Shown here: positions 21,629 to 32,334 of the stretch, in pieces
Position numbering within the stretch: the first letter of the stretch is position 1
Layout of the letters: each line of letters starts with the position of its first letter
Assembly (NCBI GenBank): GCA_025594325.1
Contig: JANHCV010000002.1
Span: 682,001-746,000, forward strand
DNA: 64,000 bases
DNA from: Blastocladiella emersonii ATCC 22665
Taxonomy: Eukaryota; Fungi; Blastocladiomycota
Direction: 5' to 3'
The notes under the pieces: generated by a model
The model's database searches: none
Told to the model about the DNA's origin: nothing
The model's input: only the letters and a program-made list of their open reading frames with translations
Program-made: the position numbers and the translations under genes

Positions 21629-22873
21629 ATGAAGCCTAGACTCGGTGCAACCAACTACTCGCTCGGCCGCGCCCTCGCCATCGCCGCCGTCTCGCGCGCG
21701 TGGTTCATCGGGCTCGCCGTCGCGGCGCGGTTCGTGGCGAGCGACTTTGACGCGTCCGCCTTGGCCCTTCCCCCTTCCTCTTCGTTCGCGCCGACGGCCC
21801 TCGTACGGTGGGACTCGTACCACTTCCTGGGCCTCGCCACTTCCCAGCGGTGGTACGCGCACGAACACCACGCGGCCTTCTTCCTACTCGTCCCGCTCCT
21901 CTCGCGCGTCCTCGGCCGCCTGATCCCCACGGGCGACGCGTGGACCGCGGCCGCATGGGGCGGCGTCCTCGCGAACCTCGCCGCGTTCCACCTCGCCGTC
22001 GCCGCGCTGTACCTCCTCGTCGCGCGGGTCTCGCGGAGCCCGCCGCGCGCGTTCGTCGCGGCGGTCGCGTTCGCCGTCCAGCCCGCGAGCGTGTTCATGT
22101 CCGCGGCGGGATACACGGAGGCGGTATGCGCGGCGGCCACGTTCGCGGGGATGTTCGCGTGGGAGGTGGGGAGGGAGGGGTGGGCGGCGGGCGCGTGGGC
22201 GGTCGCAGCGGCCGCGAGGTCGAATGGAGTTGTCGCGGCTGGGTTCTTTGTGTATGGCGCGGTGTTCGCGGGGCGGGTATGTCGGGGTCTCACGGCGGCG
22301 GCGGTGGGACGTGACTGACGACGAAGTGAGAGGTAGCCCAAGCTCAAGTCGCTCGCAGCCGTTCTCATCGTCCTCGCGCCGATGCTCGCCAAGGAGCTCG
22401 TGCACCGGTCGCAGTTCTGCACAATCGACGCGAGACCGTGGTGCGCGTCGCCGACCTCGACCGCGTACGCGTTCGTGCAAGCGCGGTACTGGAACGTCGG
22501 GTGGCTGCGGTACTGGGAGCCCGCGCAGGTGCCCAACTTTCTCCTCGCGGCGCCGATGCTGGTACACAGCGTGCTCCTCATCTCTCGTCACGCCGACCTC
22601 AGGTCGCCGCTCACCCGGCTCCGCACCCCACGGCCCGCGGGCGCGGGCGCCGGCGGGTGGAACGCGGCGTACTACGTCCTGCACGCGGCCATGGTGGTCC
22701 TCGCCGTGACCTCGATGCACGTCCAGGTGTGCCTGCGCATGTTCAGCGTCCTGCCCACCGTGTTCGACGTCAGCGGGCTACCGCCGAAGTGGCGCCGCGC
22801 GTGGATCGCGTACTCGGTCGTGTGGGCGAGTGCGGGAGCGGTCCTGTTTGGGCTGTTCTATCCGCCGGCGTAG
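21629..22873 (+). CDS. GPI18: GPI mannosyltransferase II (PIG-V/Gpi18); join(21629..22276,22337..22873)
   Basis: Motifs LVRWDSYHFL, YAHEHHAAFF, PASVFMSAAGYTEA, ARSNG, YAFVQARYWNVGWLRYWEPAQVPNFLLAAP and MHVQVCLRMFS. A 60-nt phase-0 intron (22277-22336) joins the two ORFs. Confidence 0.93.
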
Positions 22874-23192
22874 GAGGGTATAGATCTTTCTTGAAGGTTC
22901 ACGGGTGGGGTCAGTCAGCGGCGGAGAGGGTGGCGAGGTGTGGCGAAGCTCAGAGACGCGACGAGGGTCACGTGAAGTAGATCGCGACGCTTCGAGCAGC
23001 TTCGCGCGCGTCGCGACTTGACTCAGCCGCCAGCTCACCATCAGGCTCCCATCACGCACTTGCTCTTGACCTCCTCGAGTATAAAGCGACGCACTCCCCG
23101 CAAACTCTCCGCTGCAATGCATCCACAAGCATCCAACGCAACGCATCACACCCCACCGCAACCGATCCAACAAACCCACAACCACCACCTCC

Positions 23193-24659
23193 ATGTCGTC
23201 TGACGCCTCGACCTCTACCTCCACCTCCACCTCCACCCCCGCCACCGCCGGCGCGCCCTACACGGCCAAGATCCGCACACACGGCGAGACCCGCCGCGTG
23301 CGCCTGCCGCGGACCATCGAGTGGCCCGCGTTCCTGGCGACGCTGCGCCAGCTGTTCCCGCAGCTCTCGACGACCGACACCTCGTCCCTGTATGTCACGT
23401 ACCTCGACGACGACGGCGACACGGTCACGCTGTCGACGACCGACGAGCTGCGCGAGGCCCTAAACGAGGCCGAGCAGCTCAACCGCCCGCCCGTCCTGTT
23501 CAACGTCGTCACCGAGGATATGGCGGACCCCGACGCCGCGTCGATCGCCAGCTGGCGATCGAGTGTTGTCGCGGGGCCGGTGCTCGAGGAGATCGTCCCG
23601 CCGCCGCCGCCGACGCGCGAGGCGGTGGTCGAGCCCGAGTCGCTGACCGCGGGCGAGTTTGTCCAGCTCGACCGCGTCCTCGCGACGGCCACCGACGACG
23701 AGGAGGATGTGGCGGCTGCACCGGCTGAGGCCCAGTCGCGCGTCGAGGAGAACAAGACCGAGTCGCCCGCCGCCCCTGTCGAGCAAAAGGCCGAGGTCGC
23801 CGCCGCGCAGTCCGAGCCCGAGTCCGCCACCACCACGGCCGACGCCGCCGCTGCCGAGTCCAGGAACGCCGACGCCGAGGAAGACGACGGCCCCGTCATC
23901 GAGCCGCTGCTCGAGTCGACCGCTGAGGAGTCAAAGCCCGCCGCCTCGACCTCGACCACCACCCCCGCTCCCGCTGAGGCCCGCACCAACTCCTCATCGT
24001 CCACCTTGTCGTCGTCAGCAGCCGAGCCCGAGGGCGAGCGCGACCTGGCCCTCGAAGAGTTCTTGACGCAGTTCCTCGGCCTCCCCGCCGAGCTCCTCAG
24101 CCTCGTCCCGCGCGCCGTGCGCTCGGCCAGCGTGTCGCCGTCGCGCCCGCAGCAGCAGCAGCAGCAGCAGCAGCAGGCCAAGCCAACGACGACGGCCAAC
24201 GAGCAGCCCACGCCCGCCGCGCCCGCGGCCCGCGCGCCGCAGCACCCGGCGCAGACGCTGCAGCGGCAGCTCGAGCTCGACTTCGAGCTTCGCCGGTCCA
24301 AGCAGATGCTCGAGCGCGTGGCCTACGCCGAGGCCGAGGCACAGCGGTCGCTGCACCTGGTGCAGGAGCGCAAGCGTGCCGCGCACGCCGAGATGCAGCG
24401 GTGCGCGATCCTCGAGCGCCAGGTCCACGACAAGCTCGCGCAGCGTAACGCCGAGCGCCGCCGCGTCGTTCAGCGCGTACAGGCGCTCGAGAAGGAGCTC
24501 GCCGCGGTGCAGCAGCAGACGGTCCAGGCGCAGCGCCAGGCCCAGCAGCAGCAGGCCCAGCAGCAGCGCCAGCAGGCCCAGGCGCGCGTGTTCACGGTCA
24601 TCGACCCCATGACGGGCGCGACGTACGCCGTCCGAGCGCCCATCGCGCGCATGTACTGA
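23193..24659 (+). CDS. PB1-domain protein with acidic linker, polyQ and C-terminal coiled coil, 488 aa
   Basis: N-terminal PB1 with a basic Lys (AKIRTHGETRR) and an OPCA motif (YLDDDGDTVTLSTTDELREAL). Heptad-rich helix QLELDFELRR...LEKELAAVQQQ. Confidence 0.75.
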   Translation: MSSDASTSTSTSTSTPATAGAPYTAKIRTHGETRRVRLPRTIEWPAFLATLRQLFPQLSTTDTSSLYVTYLDDDGDTVTLSTTDELREALNEAEQLNRPPVLFNVVTEDMADPDAASIASWRSSVVAGPVLEEIVPPPPPTREAVVEPESLTAGEFVQLDRVLATATDDEEDVAAAPAEAQSRVEENKTESPAAPVEQKAEVAAAQSEPESATTTADAAAAESRNADAEEDDGPVIEPLLESTAEESKPAASTSTTTPAPAEARTNSSSSTLSSSAAEPEGERDLALEEFLTQFLGLPAELLSLVPRAVRSASVSPSRPQQQQQQQQQAKPTTTANEQPTPAAPAARAPQHPAQTLQRQLELDFELRRSKQMLERVAYAEAEAQRSLHLVQERKRAAHAEMQRCAILERQVHDKLAQRNAERRRVVQRVQALEKELAAVQQQTVQAQRQAQQQQAQQQRQQAQARVFTVIDPMTGATYAVRAPIARMY

Positions 24660-24737
24660 GTCTCGGCGGCCGCGGGTGTGTCTGATGTTCCCTCCTCGTG
24701 TACATAGTCTTTCCAATCGTGTAATATCATCATGTTT

Positions 24738-24791
24738 CTTCGAATCTATGTCCAACACGTCGTGTCCCTTCGAATCTACGTCCAACACGTC
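24738..24791 (+). repeat. Two-copy direct repeat CTTCGAATCTA(T/C)GTCCAACACGTC, 30-nt period
   Basis: 24-nt unit at 24738-24761 and 24768-24791 with one mismatch, just 3' of the PB1 gene. Confidence 0.8.
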
Positions 24792-25351
24792 CAACGCGTC
24801 GCGCACGCGAGCTTACCGCGCACCGACCTCCCCCAGCGATCACTGCGACTTCAGTCTCCGCAGCTTGATGTGCTAGTCTCAACGAAGGGCAGCAGCTGAC
24901 CGTACGCGTAGCGCGAGCTGATCGCCAACGAGCGTCGCAAGCCAACGCGATTCCGCGCGATCTCACGTAATAGATCATCGTCCCCTATCCTTGGAACCCA
25001 TGAGCCGGTATTTTTTTCTGATAAACGCGGCGCTTACCGATCCCGCGGCCAAAAGTAGTCGCCGACTCGACGCGACGCGACGGTGTGGCGCAGCGCGCGC
25101 GATGCAACGCCTGCGCCTTCCGCGACGTGGCGCGGGTGCCGATGGTTCGTCTGGGCCATGAAGCTCTAGCGTGGCTGGACGACACGCACCGGCTCTCGTC
25201 CCCAGTCACGGCGACTGCCTGGTCCACGTTGCGGGGTCGCGGTCGACGAGTACAAGAACCGGCAGGGCCCGCGAGTGGGTGACTGGCGCTCCAAAAGACT
25301 GCTGGCCAGATCACCGATCCCATCAACCACCCAGGACAAGACAACCCCAAA

Positions 25352-25648
25352 ATGTTCAACGCCCGCTTCGCCCTCCTCGCCGCCGTGATCGCTGTTCTCT
25401 TCCTCGCGCTGGCGCAGACCGAGGCGCGCGCCGTTCCCGTCCACGAGCGCGACGTGGGCGTCACCACCCTGGAGCGCCGCCAGTTCGGCGAGGGTGACAT
25501 CCCGATTGACGCTCCGGTGCCCGGCCGACGCAACCGCGGCGACCGCCGACGCGCTGGCCCGCTCGACAACCAGCCGCGAGTCCAGGAGCAGCGCAACCGC
25601 GGCGACCGTAATCGCGCGGGCCCGCTCGGATCGCCGGCGCAGCGCTAG
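25352..25648 (+). CDS. Small secreted peptide precursor (98 aa) with dibasic sites and two RNRGDR.RAGPL repeats
   Basis: Signal peptide MFNARFALLAAVIAVLFLALAQTEA, dibasic sites ERR and GRR, a DNA-level 37-nt repeat at 25529-25565 and 25592-25628, and GC3-biased codons. Confidence 0.75.
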   Translation: MFNARFALLAAVIAVLFLALAQTEARAVPVHERDVGVTTLERRQFGEGDIPIDAPVPGRRNRGDRRRAGPLDNQPRVQEQRNRGDRNRAGPLGSPAQR

Positions 25649-25908
25649 ACGCCCGCGATGGCCTTCGGTGGTGGCGATGGAGAGGGAGGCCTCTAGACTC
25701 GCATCACATGTATATCAATACACTCCCGTTCATGGCCACCATTGATGTGAGAGAGCGAGAGACCTCTGACGTAAGTCGGCTCAGTGACGTGGCGTTCGAG
25801 TGAGCCACGCCATGCTTCCTCCATCGTCCTCGCTTCGCTCTCCTCTCCGCTTTCTCTCCTCCCCTGCTTCAAAGAGTTGGATTCCCCACTTGCTGCAACG
25901 TAGCGACC

Positions 25909-28900
25909 ATGCAATCTACGCCGCCCGGCCACGCGCCACCCGCGGGCTCCGCCGGCGGCGACCCAGCGCCCATCCCGCAGAAGCGCGCGCGAACCTCGCA
26001 GGTCCGCTCTTCCTCTCTCAACTTGAAATGCCCCGAACCGTACTGAATGAAGCGAAAAGAAACCAGGCGTGCGAGAACTGCAAAGTGCGCAAGATCCGGT
26101 GCGGCGGCGGGCTGCCGTGCGCGCACTGCTTCCAGTTTGCGCTGCAGTGCGAGTACAAGCTCGCGTCCAAGCGAAAGTCCAAGGCCACCATCCAGAAGGT
26201 CGAGGCCATGGCGCAGTACGGCGACCCGAGCACGCTGCTGCTCCAGGGCCACCTGCCCGCCGCCGACGCTGGCGCCGGCGACCGGTCGAGCGGCGATGAG
26301 CGGTCGGACGGCACGCCCAGCGCCTCGTCCTGCGCTGCGCGTGGCGCAGCCCCCGCTTCCGCCAGCGCGTCGACTTCGGCGGCGCCCGCGACGGCATTCC
26401 AGCCGCACCCGCCCTCGGATCCCGTGCACCTCGGCCGCGTCGCGACCAAGGAGGACATCGAGGACATCACCAACAACACGATGCTGCTGGTGCGGCTCGG
26501 CAAGGACGGCAAGGCCAAGGCCTTCTCGAACCTCGGCCCGAGCAACGGCATGCACGTCCTGCGCGAGTGGAGCACCACGCTCAGCGACGGCGTCGTCAAC
26601 CCGCCGCACGGCAAGAACCACCCGCCGCGCGATTGCAGCAAGCCGTGCAAGATCGGCATGCGCGAGAACCTCATCTTCCCCGAGCGCACCTTCGTCGACA
26701 CCATGGTCAACGTGTACTTTGATTTTGTGCACCCGTACATCCCGCTGCTCGACCGCAGCGCCGTCGAGGCCGAGCTCGATGCCGAGCGGCCGAACCGGTT
26801 CCTCCTGTACTCGCTGCTCGCGTGCGCCGCGACCAAGTTCGAGCTCGTCAACAACATCTCGACGCCGTGCGACCGCATGCTGCTGTCGGGCGTGTTCGCC
26901 GAGCGCGCCAAGACGCGCCTGTTCCAGATCCGCTCGGGCGCCATGCAGTCCATTGAGGGCGTCCAGGGGTCGGTCCTCCTCACCTTCCACTCGTGCCACA
27001 TCCCCGGCGGCAACTCCAAGTGGATGCTGTCGGGGTACGCGTGCCGGCTCGCGCAGGGGCTCGGCCTCCACCTCGACCTGCGCGCCGGCCAGTTCGAGAA
27101 ACTCGACGTGTGCGTGCCGACGTGGTCCAAGACGTGGGCGCTCGTGCACATGCTCGACCGCGTCATCGCCATGGAGACGGGCCGCCCGCTCATGATCCAG
27201 GAGGAGGAGGCGTTCCTCAGCATCGACACGTTCCTGCGCACCCCCGAGAACCTCGCCAAGTACGACGCCGACCTGCTGCTCGACCCGGACCACTACTTTG
27301 TGTGGGCGGTGCGGCTCGCCGATATCGCCGGCAAGCTGGTCCGCGCCCTCAACGGCATCGCGCGGCAACGCGACCTGCCGTACACGCTGCCGCTCCTGCA
27401 CTCGCTCCTGACGCGGTACCGGTCCGAGCTGCCCAAGCGGCTCCAGTTCTCGCCCGACGAGCCCGACCGGCACCTGCGCATGCAGAGCGCGATCCTCAAC
27501 CTGCGCTACTACGCGCTCGTCGTCGGCCTGTACCGGCCGCTCGTCTCGGCCAAGGCCTCGGTCATCGAGTCGCCGCTCAAGCACCAGTACCTGGCCCTCC
27601 TCGAGGGCGCGCTGCAGGCCATGGTCCAGATCGCCTTCAGCATCCGCGGCGAGCTCGCGTGGTACCCGCAGATCATGCACCACGAGCTGGTGAGCGCGCT
27701 GTCCGTGTGCGCGGTCCTGGCGACGCACGACCACAGCGAGGGCCGCGCCACGACCCGCAACGTGGTCGGGTACCTCGAGCGCATCAACGCGGTCATCGAC
27801 GCGGCGCTCGTCCACTGGCCGTTCACGGCGCGCCTCGCCCGCACCGCGCGCGAGATGCTGGCCAAGATCCGCGGCACGGTCCCCGACCTCGCCGAGATCG
27901 ACGCCCACATGTCCACCATGCACCAGCGCATCCACGAGTCCATGGACCTCTACACCGAGTACATGGAGTCGTCGCCCGAGCATCAGCAGGCTGTCATGGC
28001 CACGCACACGTCGTTTTACCTCGAGCTCGACGGCGGCGCCCACGCGCCCTCGCCCGCGCGTGCGAGCACCACCGCCTCGTCGACGTCGCCCTCGCCCGCT
28101 ACCAGCTACTCCGGGTCGCAGTTCCCCATCCAGCAGCACGCGTCTGCATCGTCGGTCCCGCTCACGCCGCCCATGTCGGGCCTCCTCGGCGAGGCGTGCA
28201 TCCTGCAGGGCTCGTCCGCAACCCCGTCGTCCGCGACCTCGTCGTTCACGGGCGCCGCGGGTCCCGGCTCCTCGCTCGGCTACGCGTACCCGAACGCGTT
28301 CCCCGCCACCGCACCGCAGCACCCGCCGCAGTTTGCTGCTGCCGCCGCCGCTGCGCCGCTCGAGGCACCCGCCATGTTCGCACCCGACGCCGCGGCGCAG
28401 CAGCAACACATGTTCCAGCAACAACAGCAGCAGCAGTTTGCGCCGATCCCCGCGGGCCTCGACTGGTCCGCGGCCGCCGGGACTGGGCTCGCGCTGTCCG
28501 CGTCAGGACTCGCGCCGCTCTCGGCCCTGCCGGCCGCCCCCGCTGCCGCGAGCTCGTCGTTCCTATCGCTGCCGACGCTGCCCGACTCGTTCGCCGTCAA
28601 CAACCTGACGTCGCTGCTCGACTGGCCGAACATGTCGTCCTCCTCATCTGCGGCGGCACCCGCCGCGCCTCCATCCTCCGCGATGGGCGGCAGCAACGGC
28701 GGGTTCCTGCCCACGATGCCCGCGCCATCCTTCAGTCTCGCCGCAGGTACCGCGACGGCGACCGCGACGCCGGGCGTCGACGGGCTCACGGGGTTCCAGA
28801 TGCCCGCGCTGTCGCTGTTTGACCTCGACCAGTTCCTCATGGCCGACGGGAACGGCGGCGCCGGCACGGGCATGGACGGCAGCGGCGGCGGCGGGTTTGG

Positions 28901-28934
28901 GTTCGGGTTTGGCGGGCCGCGCGTGATGCAGTGA
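25909..28934 (+). CDS. Zn(II)2Cys6 transcription factor with fungal-specific TF domain; join(25909..26001,26067..28934)
   Basis: Splicing the 65-nt intron 26002-26066 gives PQKRARTSQACENCKVRKIRCGGGLPCAHCFQFALQCEY. Middle homology region YFDFVHPYIPLLDR...WMLSGYACRLAQGLGLHLD; low-complexity C-terminus. Confidence 0.92.
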
Positions 28935-29073
28935 GCGAGCGGGCGGTCGTGGGCGTGATTCGAGTTCAACAACATCAAGATTATCAGCAAAAGATTCGTG
29001 CCAATAAAAGAAGCCAAAAGATTTGCACACACATGCACGCAAGAAGTGGGGATAGTATATCTATGAGTTTTCG

Positions 29074-29989
29074 TCAGAACGGCTCGAGCGGCGGGAGCAG
29101 CGCGTCGAGCTCCGCGTGCGCCTCGGTCAGCTCGGCCGCGATCTGCCTTGCTTCCTCGGTCGGTTCCGGCACGTCCATGGCGACAAGAGCGTCGGTGCCG
29201 TGGATGTGCAGCGAGGTGAGCGCGTCGGTGAGGTCCGCGTGGTCGTCGCCATGGCCGCGAGACGCCGAGTCCGCGGGATTGTCGTCGTCCTGGTCGCTGT
29301 CCGCGTCAGTCAGGTCGGCCGACACAAAGACCGTGTTCTCGTCAGCGGCAGCACGCGACAGGCAGTTGGAGAAGGCGGGTGCGAAAATGGCTACACGTCG
29401 GCGAGTCAGCGGCGAGCGCGAGCCACGTCTAGCAGCGCGAGAACGTACCTTCAGGATGGTTGGACGATACCACGGGCGCGTGCGCGTCGTCAACGAGGAG
29501 CGCAGCCTCGTGCCACGAAATGCCCGGGTTGGACTGCAGGATCCCGGCGAGCGCGTCGCTGAACGCGCCACTGCTCGGGTCGCTCGCGGCCGAGAAGCAG
29601 ACGACCTCGCCTGCGATATCCTCTTCCGCCAGCGCGTTGGAGAGGTCGACCATGTCGCCGTCGCTGTCGAGTATCATGCTCAGCTGGACGCCTTCGGGCA
29701 CGGTGGCGAGGACAGCGCGGAGCTCGGCCTCGGTGACGGGGCCGTCGTTCGCCGTGAGAACCACCGAGCTGCCGTCAAACGACTCCCCGCCGTGGCCGGC
29801 GTACGTGAACAACAGCGTATCTCCGGGCTGCGCCTGCGCAATCATGTCGCGCAGCCCGCCGAGGATCATCTCGCGCGTCACGGGCGACGCCTCGTCGCTC
29901 ACGGTCTGCACGTCTTCGATGCCGAGCCCGTACGCGATCCCCGACATGGACTCGGCGTCCGCGCCAAGGCACAGCGCGGCGTCAGGCAT
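29074..29989 (-). CDS. Metacaspase-fold (peptidase C14) protein lacking the catalytic Cys; join(29989..29449,29390..29074), 285 aa
   Basis: AQPGDTLLFTYAGHG (catalytic His region), GPVTEAELRAVL..VPEGVQLSMILDS (cf. LP.G..LTAIFDSCHSG) and GAFSDAL. A 58-nt intron (29391-29448; GTACGT donor, GCTGAC branch) joins two track ORFs. Confidence 0.75.
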
Positions 29990-30336
29990 GATAGTGCAAG
30001 AAGTCTTTCGTCGTGCTACGTGTGCTACGTGGAGAGTGTTGGTGCGATCGGAGAGCGGGGTAGGGGCAACGGGGTTGTGCTTGCTTTATGCATGCGCCGC
30101 GGCGCTCGGATTTGCCGTCCGCTGGAATCCGGTGCCCTTCAACTTCGACCTGTTTCTTGACACTCACGTTCCTCGTTTTCGAGCTTTCATCGCGATGCCG
30201 CAGGCCGCAGGCCGCAGCATGCCGTCCGCACTCTGCAGTCGAGATGAACGGCGCGGTCACGTTCGCGTGTGCAGCGCGACTTTCACCGCAGCCATGATCA
30301 CAAAAAATGCTCATGTTATTGAGGGGGATATACAAG

Positions 30337-32334
30337 CTACTGCGCGGCCGCAACGGACCGCTCGGCCGCCAGTGGGACCGCCGTGGACACGGCGGCCGCG
30401 ACGACATCCGCGACGGGCGCGACGCCGGCCTTGTCGAGGGCCATGAGCACCGCCGACGGATCCGCCTCGCGCTCGCGTTCGCGCACCACCGCCAGCGCCT
30501 CCTCAACCGACGCGTCCTCGGGGATCCCCTCGGCGGCCGCCGCGGCGCGGCGGAGGAGCGCGAACAACTCGTCGGCGGGCGCGCGGAAGTCGTTGTGGAC
30601 GAGGTTGACGAGGAACCAGGAATCGGGGATCGCGTGGAGGAGCGAGGCGGCGGCCGCGTCCTCGGGCGCGACGACAGACCGCCACGTGTCCCACAGCGCG
30701 AACGCCTCGTCCTTCCACGCCATGAACGAGGCCGCGTCAACGATGGTCGGCTGCACCACCTCCTTGCCGGGGAACACGCCCCAGGTGACGGCGTTGGCGG
30801 CGGCCGTGGACGCGACGTTGGTGCGCAGGTCGTCGCCCGCGCGGTTGACGGCGTGGAACGTGACGACCGCGTCGGGGTCCGCGGCACGCAGCGTGTTGAC
30901 GAGCGCGGCGAGCGTCGCGGGCGACGCAAAGAACTCGAGGTACGCCTTCTGCCACACCCACCCGTGGCGCGGGCCCCACCCGTACACGGGGTGCGACGAG
31001 GGCGCCGCGTCGACGGGCGGCTGCGAGTTGATGGTCAGGAACCCGCGCGCGTTGGCGCCCGCGAGCTGGTCGCGGATCAACTTGGACTCGGCGGCCAGCG
31101 GGGAGTCGCTCCACGGCAGCGCACGCACCGTGCCCGCGCAGTACCCGACAAACAGCTCGCGCACCGCCGCGGGCGTCGCCGGGTGGCCCCACACGCGCAG
31201 CGCGTCCTCGACGGCCGGCTGCAGCGCGATCCCGTGCACCGAAATGTCGCCGTACGCGGGCGACCGGCTGTCGCCCCACCGCCCGTTCGGGAAGTCGTCC
31301 CACGTCTCGGTGCGCGCCACGTACGACGCGATCCGGTTGCGCCAGAAAATGGGCCGCACCGTCTCGCCCGCGCGCTTCTTGGCCTGCGACGGGTTCCACG
31401 GCAGCGGCCGCGCAACGTCGGCGGCGGTCGACGACGCGATTGACGCGGGCGTGACAAACTCGAGGCCCTCGAGGATCAGGCGGACCGACCGCTCGAGGTT
31501 CATGGTGTAGATGTGGAAGGTGCGGATGCCGCCGGTCATGATGCGGCGGCACATGTCGATGGCGAGGCGCACGCCGTAGTCCTTGACGGCCTGGTCGTCG
31601 TCCTTGATGGGCTCGAGCGCGTCGTGGATGGCCTGCGGCACCGCCGTCTTGGACATGTCAATCATGCGGCGGAACCCGGCGAACGTCTGGATCGGCATGA
31701 TGCCCGGCAGGATCGGACAGGTGATGCCGATGGCGCGACACCGGCGCACCCAGTCGAGGAACAGGTCGACGTCGTAGAACATCTGCGTGACGATAAAGTC
31801 GGCGCCCGCGTCGACCTTGGCCTTGAGGTGCAGCAGGTCGGCGTCGCGGTCCGGGTTCTCGATGTGGCCCTCTGGGTACCCGGCGACCGCGATCGAGAAC
31901 CAGTCGCCGTGCGTCTGGCGGATGTACCGGACCAGGTCGGCCGCGTAGTGCAGGCCGCCCTCGACGGCGGTCCACCGGTCCTGGCCGCGCGGCGGGTCGC
32001 CGCGCAGCGCGAGGATGTTCTGGATCCCGATCTCGCGCGCACGCGCCAGCGCCTCGTCGACCTTCGACAGCGGCATGTTGGTGCACGTCAGGTGCATGCA
32101 CGTCTCGAAGCCGTACACGGTCTGTGCGACGTTGCAGATGTCCAGCGTCGCCTCGGACGAGCTGCCGCCCGCGGCCCACGTCACGTCAATGAACTCGGGC
32201 CGCAGGTTCGACATGCGCTCGAGCCGGTCGTACAGGTTCTGGATCCCGGCCGGCGTCTTGGGCGGGAAGAACTCGAGCGACCAGGTGCACTCGCCCTCGG
32301 CCTCGGCCTTGTGGAGCTTGTCGATGATCTTCAT
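30337..32334 (-). CDS. MET13: Methylenetetrahydrofolate reductase (Met13-like), 665 aa, start MKIIDKL at 32334
   Basis: SLEFFPPKT, FIDVTWAAGGS, MHLTCTN, NILALRGDPP, VAGYPEGH, ADFIVTQMFYD, and the C-terminal regulatory domain (WDDFPNGRWGDSRSPAYG, TINSQP, WQKAYLEFF, NAVTWGVFPGKEVVQPTIVD). Confidence 0.95.
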   Translation of the reverse strand: MKIIDKLHKAEAEGECTWSLEFFPPKTPAGIQNLYDRLERMSNLRPEFIDVTWAAGGSSSEATLDICNVAQTVYGFETCMHLTCTNMPLSKVDEALARAREIGIQNILALRGDPPRGQDRWTAVEGGLHYAADLVRYIRQTHGDWFSIAVAGYPEGHIENPDRDADLLHLKAKVDAGADFIVTQMFYDVDLFLDWVRRCRAIGITCPILPGIMPIQTFAGFRRMIDMSKTAVPQAIHDALEPIKDDDQAVKDYGVRLAIDMCRRIMTGGIRTFHIYTMNLERSVRLILEGLEFVTPASIASSTAADVARPLPWNPSQAKKRAGETVRPIFWRNRIASYVARTETWDDFPNGRWGDSRSPAYGDISVHGIALQPAVEDALRVWGHPATPAAVRELFVGYCAGTVRALPWSDSPLAAESKLIRDQLAGANARGFLTINSQPPVDAAPSSHPVYGWGPRHGWVWQKAYLEFFASPATLAALVNTLRAADPDAVVTFHAVNRAGDDLRTNVASTAAANAVTWGVFPGKEVVQPTIVDAASFMAWKDEAFALWDTWRSVVAPEDAAAASLLHAIPDSWFLVNLVHNDFRAPADELFALLRRAAAAAEGIPEDASVEEALAVVREREREADPSAVLMALDKAGVAPVADVVAAAVSTAVPLAAERSVAAAQ

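Noticed and set aside
17706-22873. GPI-anchored protein close to GPI18 as a possible GPI pathway cluster
   Set aside because: GPI-anchored genes are numerous, an unrelated Hsp70 lies between them, and nothing suggests co-regulation.
21471-24180. (CAG)n tracts at about 21471-21525 and 24149-24177, and an (ACCTCC)n tract at about 23210-23237
   Set aside because: Ordinary coding microsatellites (polyQ, poly-ST) inside called genes.
24738-24800. Direct repeat considered as a CRISPR-like array
   Set aside because: Only two copies, a 6-nt spacer, eukaryotic context and no cas genes.
25800-26066. Track N-terminus of the Zn2Cys6 ORF (MSHAMLPP... or MPRTVLNE...)
   Set aside because: It reads through an intron. 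The spliced model from ATG 25909 gives the canonical KRARTSQAC basic region.
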